Assembly: GCA_965261395.1 (NCBI GenBank)
Contig: OZ253462.1
Location: 1,056,001 to 1,120,000, forward strand
Direction: 5' to 3'
DNA: 64,000 nucleotides
Source of the DNA: Candidatus Latescibacterota bacterium
GTDB lineage: Bacteria; Latescibacterota; UBA2968; UBA8231
The notes below the pieces were generated by a model. It did no database searches and had not been told where the DNA came from. It saw only the letters and a program-made list of their open reading frames with translations. This document shows positions 53,169 through 62,217 of this stretch, piece after piece (position 1 is the stretch's first letter; every line of letters begins with the position of its first letter). A program made the translations under genes and the position numbers.

Positions 53169-54026
53169 TCAAGGGGTTGCGCTTTCCAACTGGAGGCTGA
53201 GCCAATGCGCGTCGCCCAGGCCCGAGCCAAAGGGCACATAGGCGTAGTCGATGACCCAGTGCTTGGCCACGAGGCCCAGCCCGGCCGAGAGACTGTGGTT
53301 TTCAGTGCTCTGATAGCCTGCGCGCAGGAGCAGGTGCTCGCCGGCCCGGTACTCGCCGCCCAAATGCAGCGTGAGGTCGCCACCGCGAGCCTTCTGCGCT
53401 TCGACAGCTAAGAGCATGTCTGCGCGGCCGACATAGGCGGCCCCTAAACGAGCTTCTAAGGGCAGGTCAGTCTCCCGTTGGTCGAGGCGGTTCATGCGGC
53501 CCAAGTTGCGCACCGTGGCCCCCAAGCGCAAGCTGGCTGAGACATCGCACAGCAGCCCGAAATCAGCGGCCAAGCCACTGGCGTTTTGGGTAAAAATGGA
53601 CTGGCGGATGAAGTTTAGCTGCAAGCCAAGGCGCGTCCGCTCCATCTGGCGGGCGTAGCTCAAGCCAACCGCTCCCTCGTACACGCCGAAGTGTCCCAGC
53701 GGCTCAGCCGAGGGACCGGTGCGGCGCTCTAGGCTATCGTCGTGTAACAGTTGGGCAGAAAGCCCCCAAGTGCCGCGGCCCCGGGCTTGCGTCAAGTGCA
53801 AGTGATTCTGGCGGATATTCTGGATCGAGGCTTGGTGGTTAAAGGCGACACTGCGTCCACGCGATTGTCGGGCTGCTGGGTTGAGGGCTTGGGCGGCGAA
53901 CAGGGCCGTCTCCGCGCTGGCCAAGCCCGCAGCGCGGGCTCCGCCGCCTTGGCGCAGCGCGGGCAGGCCGGCGGCGGCGAGGGCCGTGGGCAGCGTTAAA
54001 AGCGCAATCAATAAGAGAGCCATCAC
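53169..54026 (-). CDS. PorV/PorQ-like outer-membrane beta-barrel
   Basis: GARAAGLA..LNPAA, ADFG, GATVRNLG, GGEY..LRAGY, IDYAYVP..LGDAHWLSL. Confidence 0.75.
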   Translation of the reverse strand: MMALLLIALLTLPTALAAAGLPALRQGGGARAAGLASAETALFAAQALNPAARQSRGRSVAFNHQASIQNIRQNHLHLTQARGRGTWGLSAQLLHDDSLERRTGPSAEPLGHFGVYEGAVGLSYARQMERTRLGLQLNFIRQSIFTQNASGLAADFGLLCDVSASLRLGATVRNLGRMNRLDQRETDLPLEARLGAAYVGRADMLLAVEAQKARGGDLTLHLGGEYRAGEHLLLRAGYQSTENHSLSAGLGLVAKHWVIDYAYVPFGSGLGDAHWLSLQLESATP

Positions 54027-54029
54027 TTG

Positions 54030-54944
54030 TCAGAACGCCAGCGCCAGACCCACGGTCGTGCGGCCCCCAGCGCCGAGGGGATCGGTTAAGTAAGCGTATT
54101 GAAACTGCACGGTCTCGCGCCGCGCTGGGCGCAAGGTCAGCCCGGTCGAAAGTTGGCCCCCGTCTTCGGTACCGAGGCGATGTAGCCCGCCGCGTACCAC
54201 GAGCAGCGCACTTAGCTGCCACTCGGCCCCGAGATTGACGCTCTGTTCCCCGTCGGAACGGAGCTCAGCGGCCAGCAGCAGGGCGTTCAAAAGCCGATGT
54301 GACGCGCCAAAGACGAGGATGCGCGGCAGGGCATCCTCGGTGGTGTTCGACCGCTGGTCGGCGTGGCGCACCTTCCAGGCGAGGTCGGTGCTGAGATTGG
54401 ATATACCGGCCCCAAGCCAAGTATGCTCGGCCGCGCGGAACTGCACCCCTAAGTCGAAGCCGCTGCCGTTGGCCGTGGCCTTGGGGGCTGAGGGAATGTC
54501 GATGCTCTGTCTGAGGACTTTAACGGCCAAACCAACCGCAAGGCGCGGCCCAAGGGAGCGACCTATTCCGAAGATAAAAGCGTTCGCTCGATCCTCGATT
54601 GGCCCAGTGTATTGGCCACTGGCCGTGCGGCCCTTGATCCCGCCGACTGCGGCATGCGACCAAGCGAAGCCAAAGCCCATGTCGCCGCGAATGTTGAGCG
54701 CGACAGCACCGCTGCCTTGTCGCCGTCCCAGCGACAGCGACTGGATGGAGGTCTCTAGGGTCTTACCGCGCAGGCGAGCGAGGCCGGCCGGATTCCAGTA
54801 GGGTGACGACGCATCGTCGGCCGCGGCGACAAAGGCTCCCATCCCTAGGCCACGGGCACCCAGCCCTGTCCTGAGAAAGGCGGCGGCAAAATCAGCTCCG
54901 TGCGCGGTGGAGGCCGCGAGTAACAGCGCGAAGAGCGTTTTCAA
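54030..54944 (-). CDS. PorV/PorQ-like outer-membrane beta-barrel
   Basis: FLRTGLGARGLGMG..DDASSPYWNPAGLA, FDLG, GAEW..VRGG, QYAY, terminal Phe. Confidence 0.82.
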   Translation of the reverse strand: MKTLFALLLAASTAHGADFAAAFLRTGLGARGLGMGAFVAAADDASSPYWNPAGLARLRGKTLETSIQSLSLGRRQGSGAVALNIRGDMGFGFAWSHAAVGGIKGRTASGQYTGPIEDRANAFIFGIGRSLGPRLAVGLAVKVLRQSIDIPSAPKATANGSGFDLGVQFRAAEHTWLGAGISNLSTDLAWKVRHADQRSNTTEDALPRILVFGASHRLLNALLLAAELRSDGEQSVNLGAEWQLSALLVVRGGLHRLGTEDGGQLSTGLTLRPARRETVQFQYAYLTDPLGAGGRTTVGLALAF

Positions 54945-56605
54945 TCGAGCACCACTATTCTGCCAAAGGCCTGTTGACCGGTGTTGAGGGCAATGCGGTA
55001 AAAGTACGTGCTATTGGCTACCAGTTGGCCGTCTTGGTCGAGGCCATCCCAAAGGATGCGGTGATCGACACCGCCGGCAAAGGGCGCATCCGTCGCAAGG
55101 TTGCGGACTAGGCCACTGGCAAAGTCGTAGATCGCAACAGATACCTCTGCATCCTGTGACAGGCTAAAGACGATGGTCGTAGTTTCGCGCGAGGGAGCGA
55201 AAGGATTGGGTGCTGCGTACGCGAGGGCCGTGCTGTCGGGCACGCCTCCGGCGCTGACGAAAGTACCTTCGTCGAGCGTACGCGTGCGGATCAGGTCGCG
55301 GATGACGCGCCAAGTGCTCCCCTCGTCCTCGGAGCGCCCGAGGCCATGCTCGGCCCCTGCCCAGAGCACATCGCCCACTCCTGCAAGCCCGACGAAGGTG
55401 CCGGTCAAGGGCTGTCCATCGACGACTTCTATGGTGTCCCAGACGCGTTCTGAGTCGATGGGCAGGGTTGGGTCTGAGCTGGATAGCAGCCCTAGGTCGG
55501 TGCCGGCCCAAACAAAATTGGAGGTAAAAGCAAAGTCCCAGGCAAAAGTAGGTCCAGTGTGGCCCCAGGTCTGGCCGAGGTCGCGGCTGACGCTGATGGC
55601 TTGGGTTTGGCCGGGCAACGTGGTAGTACTGGTTCCCGCCCAGATGGCACTACTGCCATTTGGCAGTATTTGGCGTTCGAGAGCGACGACCCAGTTGCCA
55701 GCCGGATGGCCTGGAAGGGGAGTGCCCTCTTCGCCGAGGCGCACTTTGGCGTTTTGCCAATGCTGGCTTCCATCAAAGGTGAAGGCGATGCCGCTGGCAG
55801 TGCCGATCCACACCGTATCCCCGTAAGCGATAACCGCAAAGGTGCGGTGTAGGAATGCTTGGCTAGCCAAGCTGTCGGCGGCCGCGCGCAACGGGGCAAT
55901 GTTGCTTGGGTCGGCGTTTTCACGTGCGAGACTGTCGGCTACAATTCGCAAGCTGTCGGCAGGGGTTTCGCTGGCGAAGAAGACGATCTCGTCTGCGCCG
56001 CCGGGCAAGAAGGGTTCCCAAGTGCGACCTTGGTCGAGTGAACGCACGGTGGAGCCGGCGAAAAAGGCGGCGTACACGGCCTCTCCGTCGATGGAGATGT
56101 CAAAACAAGCATTGAGGATGGTCGTGCCGGGGCTGCGCTCAAAACCGGCCTTGGTGGGGTCGAAAATGAACTCGTTGGGAATATGGTGCCAGGAGTCGCC
56201 GCCGTCGTGGGAAAAACTCAACCCCGTGCCCGCTTGGTTCACGCCCTGTCCAGCGATGACCGAGTCAACCAAAGTTGCTACCCACACAGTATCGCCGACC
56301 GCGTCGAGGGCGCTGATCGCGCCGCGACCGAGGCCGTTGAGTTCGGTAAAGGTGACCCAGTCCGTGGCGTCGAGGCCGCTGCTATGCGCCGGGTCGAGCC
56401 GCGCCACCCCACTTTCAGTGCCGACCCATAGATAGCGCCCGCTCCAGACGATGTCGCCTATAGAAGTGCCGAAGAGCCCGCGAATAGGCTCGGATGCTTG
56501 GTGGAAGCGCTGGGGCCGGAGTGCATGGCCGGGCGCTATATGCAGCGCGAGGACGAGCAGCGAGCAAGAGAAGAGAACGGTCTGCCGAAAAAAGAAATAG
56601 GTCAT
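54941..56605 (-). CDS. Secreted beta-propeller protein with BNR/Asp boxes and C-terminal FlgD-Ig domain
   Basis: LWVGT/VWIGT repeats; SxDGGxSW boxes; PNPF..IYDFASGLVR..WDGLD..YFYRI. Confidence 0.82.
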   Translation of the reverse strand: MTYFFFRQTVLFSCSLLVLALHIAPGHALRPQRFHQASEPIRGLFGTSIGDIVWSGRYLWVGTESGVARLDPAHSSGLDATDWVTFTELNGLGRGAISALDAVGDTVWVATLVDSVIAGQGVNQAGTGLSFSHDGGDSWHHIPNEFIFDPTKAGFERSPGTTILNACFDISIDGEAVYAAFFAGSTVRSLDQGRTWEPFLPGGADEIVFFASETPADSLRIVADSLARENADPSNIAPLRAAADSLASQAFLHRTFAVIAYGDTVWIGTASGIAFTFDGSQHWQNAKVRLGEEGTPLPGHPAGNWVVALERQILPNGSSAIWAGTSTTTLPGQTQAISVSRDLGQTWGHTGPTFAWDFAFTSNFVWAGTDLGLLSSSDPTLPIDSERVWDTIEVVDGQPLTGTFVGLAGVGDVLWAGAEHGLGRSEDEGSTWRVIRDLIRTRTLDEGTFVSAGGVPDSTALAYAAPNPFAPSRETTTIVFSLSQDAEVSVAIYDFASGLVRNLATDAPFAGGVDHRILWDGLDQDGQLVANSTYFYRIALNTGQQAFGRIVVLD

Positions 56606-56644
56606 CAAGCGAGCATTTTCACTGCGGGCCAGTGGTTGGGCGAC

Positions 56645-57472
56645 TCAAGCATAGGTAGCGGCCCGCTCGCGCATGGCCTCGATTACTTCGTAGCCGACTC
56701 CGTAGTCGCCGATGCGGGTACCTTCGCTGTCGCCGTGGCTATCGGACCCTCCCGACTTGATCAGGCCATGGCGGTCGGCGAGCTGGTCGTAAAACTCCAT
56801 TTGCGCTGGCTGGTGGGACGGATGGAAGACCTCAATGCCGTCGAGCCCGTAGGCGACTAACTGCTCGATGATGGACTCGGGGAGGCTGATGCTGGGGTGG
56901 GCGAGCACGGCCACACCCCCTGTGTGATGAATGAGGGCGATGAGATCTTTGGCTGCGGCGTAGGGCTTAGGCTGAAAGGCCGGCCCGCGGTCGCCGATGT
57001 AGCGGCTGAAGGCTTCGTCCTTGTCGGCTACTAGGCCGTTTTGCACCATGGCCGCAGCGATGTGCGGTCGCCCGAGGGGGCTGCCGTTGGCTTGGGATAG
57101 CACGTCGTCGAGGCTGACGGTCAGCCCCATGCTGTTGAGTGCTTTGACGATGGCAATCCCCCGCTGGTAGCGGGCTTGAAAAGACTGTGCGAGGGTCGTG
57201 CCGAGCTGGTCGTTTTGGTAGTCGATGCAGTAGGCGAGAATGTGTACTTCGCGGTCCCGGATATGGGCGCTCAACTCGGTCCCAGGCACTACTTCCATAT
57301 GCATACGCTCGCCGGCCTCAGTGGCCTCGGGGACGCCCTTGACCGTATCGTGATCAGTCAAGCTCATCGCTTGCAAGCCCGCTTCGCAGGCCTCTTGGAC
57401 TGCTTCAGTCGGCGTCCGCAACCCGTCAGAGCACAGGGAATGGGTGTGGAGATCGGCTAAGTTGTAAGACAT
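56645..57472 (-). CDS. PHP domain phosphoesterase (TrpH/YciV-like)
   Basis: DLHTHS..SDG, LTDHD, GRPHIA, LAHP, GGSDSHG. Confidence 0.92.
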   Translation of the reverse strand: MSYNLADLHTHSLCSDGLRTPTEAVQEACEAGLQAMSLTDHDTVKGVPEATEAGERMHMEVVPGTELSAHIRDREVHILAYCIDYQNDQLGTTLAQSFQARYQRGIAIVKALNSMGLTVSLDDVLSQANGSPLGRPHIAAAMVQNGLVADKDEAFSRYIGDRGPAFQPKPYAAAKDLIALIHHTGGVAVLAHPSISLPESIIEQLVAYGLDGIEVFHPSHQPAQMEFYDQLADRHGLIKSGGSDSHGDSEGTRIGDYGVGYEVIEAMRERAATYA

Positions 57473-57604
57473 AAGGGTCTCTTTATTCTGTGAGAATGCT
57501 ATTCCAGAGTTCTATATAAAAAAGAAAGCCTTTTGCTCTGCTCAATCAAGCCCTTCGTCCACATATCGCGATCCGCCTCGCACAGCTAAGAGTGGGTCGT
57601 TTTG

Positions 57605-58453
57605 CTACACGGGATTGTTAGAGAACTCGAGCAGTAGGTCGCCAGCGTGAATTCGCATTTTAGCGAGGGCTTCGTCCCGGAGCTGGCGCACTCGCTCGCG
57701 CGTGAGGCCCAATCGCACGCCGATTTGCTCCAGCGTCTGGGGCTCTTGGTCGTCGAGGCCGAAATAGGCGCGGACGACTAGGCGCTCGCGCCGGTCGAGC
57801 AAGTCGAGGCACGCATGCAGGGTATGGGAAAGTGCGGCGCGCTCATAGCAATCAGCCGGATCGGGAGTACAAGCCGCGAAGGTGGCCATCAGCGGCTCCC
57901 TTTCATCGGGCACGATCGGCACGTCCATAGAGATATCGGGTTGGGCCATGTGAAGGGCATTGTGCGTCCTCTCCAGCGATAATTCGGCGCTGTTGGCGAT
58001 TTCCTCGGGGGTGGGATTGCGCCCCAGTTTTTGGGCGAGGATACCCGTCCATCGCTCGACCTTTTGCAGGTCATTGACCCGGCTCAGCGGCGGGCGAGCA
58101 ATTTTGCCGTGTTCGGCTAGGGCACGGAGGATGGCTTGGCGAATCCACCACACCGCATAGGTGATGAACTTAAAGCCGCGGGTCTCGTCGAAGCGCTGGA
58201 CCGCTTCCATCAGCCCGAGGTTGCCTTCGGAAATTAGCTCCATAAAAGAGAGTCCGCGCCCGTGATATCCCCGCGCGATGCGGACGACAAAGCGCAAGTT
58301 GGCTTCGACCATCTGGTGCATGGCGCGCTCGTCACCAGCGCGCGCTCTACGCACCAGCTCGATCTCTCGTTGGCGGCTCAGCGGCTGAAAGTGCTGAATG
58401 TCGCGCCAGTAGGACTCGGCCAGATATAGCGAATTGAGGCTGCTTTTGCCCAT
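57605..58453 (-). CDS. RpoD/RpoS-family sigma factor lacking region 1.1
   Basis: ANLRFVV, EGNLGLM, FITYAVWWIRQAI, TRERVRQ. Confidence 0.92.
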   Translation of the reverse strand: MGKSSLNSLYLAESYWRDIQHFQPLSRQREIELVRRARAGDERAMHQMVEANLRFVVRIARGYHGRGLSFMELISEGNLGLMEAVQRFDETRGFKFITYAVWWIRQAILRALAEHGKIARPPLSRVNDLQKVERWTGILAQKLGRNPTPEEIANSAELSLERTHNALHMAQPDISMDVPIVPDEREPLMATFAACTPDPADCYERAALSHTLHACLDLLDRRERLVVRAYFGLDDQEPQTLEQIGVRLGLTRERVRQLRDEALAKMRIHAGDLLLEFSNNPV

Positions 58454-58537
58454 AAGTAGCCAAAACGATCAAAAAAATGATGTGAAGATACAGGTTCTAA
58501 GTAGAACGGCTGAGGAGAAGCGCGGTTCCAGCCCGGA

Positions 58538-60007
58538 TCAGGCTGGGGGAAGCAGCGGGCGGAAGCGGTCGTAGGCCGCGTCCCAAGCCGCGGCTTGTTC
58601 CGGCTCGTACATAACGGGCGCGAAGGAGTGGCGCACGACGTGGCGGATTTCGGCCAGCGAGGACATCTGGCCTAGGCCCATGAGCTGGAGCATTAAATTG
58701 CCGATAGCCGTAGCTTCGAGCGGCCCGGCAATGACCGGACGACCAGTAGCCGAGGCGGTAAACTGGCAGAGCAGGCGGTTTTGGATCCCACCGCCGACTA
58801 TGTGGATGAATTCGAGGCGGCGACCGAGAATGGTCTCTAGCGCGTCGAGCACGTAGCGGTACTTAAACGCTAGGCTTTCGAGGGCCACGCGCGCGACTTG
58901 CCCCTCGTCGGCGGGAATGGCTTGGCCCGTCTCTTGGCAATAGGCACGGATTCTGGCGGGCATGTCGCCCGGCGCGAGAAAGCACTCGGCGTCTGGCTCG
59001 ACGAAAGCAGTAAAGGGCGTAGCGCTTTGGGCCCTGGCCGTCAGTTCGTCGTAGGAAAAGGAGCGCCCCTCGCGCTGCCACGCGCGCCGGCACTCCTGTA
59101 TCAGCCACAGCCCCATGATGTTTTTGAGGAAGCGGTAGGTCGGCCCGACGCCCCCTTCATTGGTGAAATTGTACTGGAAGGCCTGATCGCTGATCAGCGG
59201 TTGGTCGAGCTCGACGCCCATCAGCGACCAAGTTCCCGAGCTGATATAGGCGTAGTCGCGGACTTCGGCGGGCACGGCAGCCACGGCCGCGCCCGTATCG
59301 TGAGTAGCTGGCGCGATGACCGGGACGGAGTCAAGCCCTACTTCAGCAGCAATAGAAGGCAGGAGCGAGCCTATGCGGGTTCCAGGCTGGACGATCTGGG
59401 GAAGAAAATGGGTTGGCAGCCCCAATCCTTCTAGAAGCTCGATCGACCAAGTGCCTTGGCGCGGATCGTAGAACTGGGTGGTAGTGGCGTTAGAGAATTC
59501 GCAGGTCTTGGTGCCCGTAAAATAGAAATTGAAAAGGTCGGCCATCATCAGGAAGGTCTGCGCCCATTCCAGCAAGGGCGAATCGCGCAGCGAAAGCAGT
59601 TGATACAAGGTGTTGAGCTTCAAAAACTGCACGCCGGTGCGCGCAAAAATTTCCTCGCGCGGCACCCGTGCAAAGGCTTCCTCTAGCATGCCGTCGGTAC
59701 GCGGGTCGCGGTAGTTGCGCGGATTGTCCAAGAGCACGTCCCCAGGCCCGAGAAGGGCGAAATCGACGCCCCAAGTATCGACGCCAATCGCATCGAGTGC
59801 CTTGCCGTGTGCGCGGGCAAACAGACCAAGGCCCTGTTTCATCTCGGCAAAGAGACGCAAAGGATCCCAGTAGAGACGGTCGCAGACTTGGACCGGACCG
59901 TTGGCAAAGCGGTGCAGCTCCTCCAGCGCTAGACGCTCGCCGTCGAAATGCCCGACGATGGCGCGGCCACTCTCGGCCCCTAGGTCAAAGGCCAGCAGCT
60001 TGCTCAT
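58538..60007 (-). CDS. rhaB: Rhamnulokinase
   Basis: DLGAESGR, DTWGVDF, YRDPRT, HDTG, SSGTWSL, TNEGG, LKNIMGLW. Confidence 0.9.
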   Translation of the reverse strand: MSKLLAFDLGAESGRAIVGHFDGERLALEELHRFANGPVQVCDRLYWDPLRLFAEMKQGLGLFARAHGKALDAIGVDTWGVDFALLGPGDVLLDNPRNYRDPRTDGMLEEAFARVPREEIFARTGVQFLKLNTLYQLLSLRDSPLLEWAQTFLMMADLFNFYFTGTKTCEFSNATTTQFYDPRQGTWSIELLEGLGLPTHFLPQIVQPGTRIGSLLPSIAAEVGLDSVPVIAPATHDTGAAVAAVPAEVRDYAYISSGTWSLMGVELDQPLISDQAFQYNFTNEGGVGPTYRFLKNIMGLWLIQECRRAWQREGRSFSYDELTARAQSATPFTAFVEPDAECFLAPGDMPARIRAYCQETGQAIPADEGQVARVALESLAFKYRYVLDALETILGRRLEFIHIVGGGIQNRLLCQFTASATGRPVIAGPLEATAIGNLMLQLMGLGQMSSLAEIRHVVRHSFAPVMYEPEQAAAWDAAYDRFRPLLPPA

Positions 60008-60282
60008 AGGTAGTTGAGACCGAGTTCGGAAACTAGCTCACGCGTGTCGTTGTCGAGGAGAGCGCAGATCAGGGCGATGCCCAACTCGCGCTCCAAGGTC
60101 GTGGCATAAGCGGTGTGTTCGTCGCGAAAGTTGATCCGCTGGAAGCCGAGGACGGCCTCTTTGAAATCCTCGCGTCGCTCGTAGAGGACAATTTGGGCAA
60201 TGGGTGCGTTGGCGAGTGCCTCGGCGACAAAGGATACGCCAAAAATTTCCTCTAAGGCGTTTCTGAGTTGGCGATGCAGCAT
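60004..60282 (-). CDS. Hypothetical protein, translationally coupled to rhaB
   Basis: ATGA overlap with rhaB; TAATG overlap with upstream ORF. Confidence 0.68.
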   Translation of the reverse strand: MLHRQLRNALEEIFGVSFVAEALANAPIAQIVLYERREDFKEAVLGFQRINFRDEHTAYATTLERELGIALICALLDNDTRELVSELGLNYL

Positions 60283-60467
60283 TAGAAGGGATAGACCTCG
60301 TCGAGCCTGCGCTTAAGCGCGGTACTGCGCTGCTCGCCGTCATCTTCGATCACGTACTGGACGATGGGCGCGCGCCGCCAATAGCTCAACATGGTCTCAA
60401 AATTGAGGGTCGGCTGGTGAAACTCTAGGCGGAAAACCAAAAAGGCGCGGAGCAAGTTTTTGACCAT
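60282..60467 (-). CDS. Small hypothetical protein
   Basis: 61 aa; stop overlaps the next start. Confidence 0.5.
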   Translation of the reverse strand: MVKNLLRAFLVFRLEFHQPTLNFETMLSYWRRAPIVQYVIEDDGEQRSTALKRRLDEVYPF

Positions 60468-60542
60468 GGTTCTCTAATCGTTGCTTCATTCCCGGACGAG
60501 AGGCGAAACTCTTAAGCAGATCACTAGCGCAAACGCCGCACC

Positions 60543-61510
60543 TTAGCTGAGGTACTCCGAAATATGCTCTTCGATGCGTTGCAAGATCGGCATTTCGCCG
60601 AGTTCGGCTTCGAAGTCAGTGCCTGTAACCCGTTGGAAAAGGTCGATATAGCGCTCGGCAACTTGGATGCGGATCTCGTCGTCGAGCGCGGGGATATTGT
60701 CGTCGGAAATGCCCTTGTCACGGAGCCAGAGGCGCAAAAATTCTTTGTCGAGGCTTTCGGGCTCTGCGCCGCGGGCATGGCGTTCCGCGTAGGTGTCTCT
60801 GATCCAGAAGCGCGACGAGTCGGGCGTGTGGATCTCGTCGGCGAGCGTGATGTACCCGTCCGCGTCCAGCCCCATTTCGTATTTGGTATCGACGAGGATT
60901 AACCCTTGCTTGGCCGCCAGCTCTTCGCCGCGAGCAAAGAGCGCGAGGGCGATCTCCTCGACTTGGGTCCAGGTGTCTTCTGGCACCAAGCCTTGGGCGA
61001 TGATCTCGTCGCGCGAAATTAGCTCGTCGTGGACTTCGTCCTTGGTCGTCGGCGTGATGATCGCCTCGTCGAAGGGCTGATTTTTGACCATGCCGTCGGG
61101 CAACGTGTGGCCGCAGTAGTGGCGCACGCCTCTGTTGTAATGGTCCAGATGGCGGTGTCCGAACTGCCGGTCATATACTTGCGCACCACCACTTCGACGG
61201 GTAGGATGTCCAGCTCGCGGGCGACGGTGACGTTGGCGTCGGGCACTGAGATGACTTGATTAGGGGCGATGTCTTCGGTCTGCTCAAACCAGTACTGGGC
61301 GATGCGGTTGAGCACTTGGCCCTTGAGGGGAATGGCGCCGAGCACGTGGTCAAACGCGCTCTGGCGATCCGTAGTGATCAGCACGCGATGGTTGTCAAGC
61401 AAGTACATATCGCGCACCTTGCCGCGCTTGTAGCGCGACGCCCACTGGGGGAATTTGGCCTCTAGCAGGCAGTTGTCGAGTTGGGATTGGATCTGTTCGC
61501 GAGTTACCAT
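60543..61510 (-). pseudogene. purC: SAICAR synthase with a 1-bp frameshift (may be a sequencing error)
   Basis: GKVRDMY, TDRQSAFD, PVEVVVR then TPTTK, DTKYEMG, DEIHTPDSSRFW, DKEFLR; one C missing at 61142-61143. Confidence 0.85.
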
Positions 61511-61680
61511 GGAATCGGCGTCCTCCATGAGCAAGAGCTTGGGATGCGAGAAAAATTGATATTATGAGGGCGCATAAGCCCCGTCAATAGGTCCGAAGTA
61601 GAGAATGCTTGATTTTCGCCTCTCTGCGGTGTATTTTGAGGCCGACGAAACAGACATCTCACCCTTACAGGGAGGTCTAT

Positions 61681-62154
61681 ATGTTGAAGAAACTGGCTAT
61701 ACTGATGCTGGCGGTTGGCCTAGGCGGTTGCGGGACCGAGGAGGAAGACAAGCAAATACTTATCGAGTATGTGACGAAGTTGAAGGAGCTGGACGACGAA
61801 AATAAGCGGATTGTCAGGATCATTGAGCATCTGAGAAAGCCGATCAGCGAGATTTCCGAACAGGATTTGGCCGAGGCGCGTCAGCTCATCAACGAATATG
61901 TGGCGCAGCTGCAAACTTTACCCCAAGATCTCCCATATCGCGAACTGCGCTTGACCCACAACCTCTATGTCGAAAAGGTGTCGCAGTCCATCGAGTTGTC
62001 GGGGGACAAGGGGCGCGAGATGAAGCGCGAGAAGAGCAATGTGGACATCGGCGTGCGCCACATCGAGAAATTCACCAAGCGACATCACAACGGCATGAGC
62101 GTCTTGTGGGAGCGTCATAGATTGCCGGATTTTCCGCTAGAGTGGCCCCAGTAA
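61681..62154 (+). CDS. Hypothetical helical lipoprotein
   Basis: GGAGG RBS; MLKKLAILMLAVGLGGC lipobox. Confidence 0.78.
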   Translation: MLKKLAILMLAVGLGGCGTEEEDKQILIEYVTKLKELDDENKRIVRIIEHLRKPISEISEQDLAEARQLINEYVAQLQTLPQDLPYRELRLTHNLYVEKVSQSIELSGDKGREMKREKSNVDIGVRHIEKFTKRHHNGMSVLWERHRLPDFPLEWPQ

Positions 62155-62171
62155 TCCGGACGGTGTTCAAA

Positions 62172-62213
62172 CAAATGTAGCCCCCGGCCCTTTGAGGTTG
62201 GGGGCTACATTTG
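62172..62213. terminator. Hairpin between convergent genes
   Basis: CAAATGTAGCCCCC...GGGGGCTACATTTG, 14-bp perfect stem. Confidence 0.8.
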
Positions 62214-62217
62214 CGTT

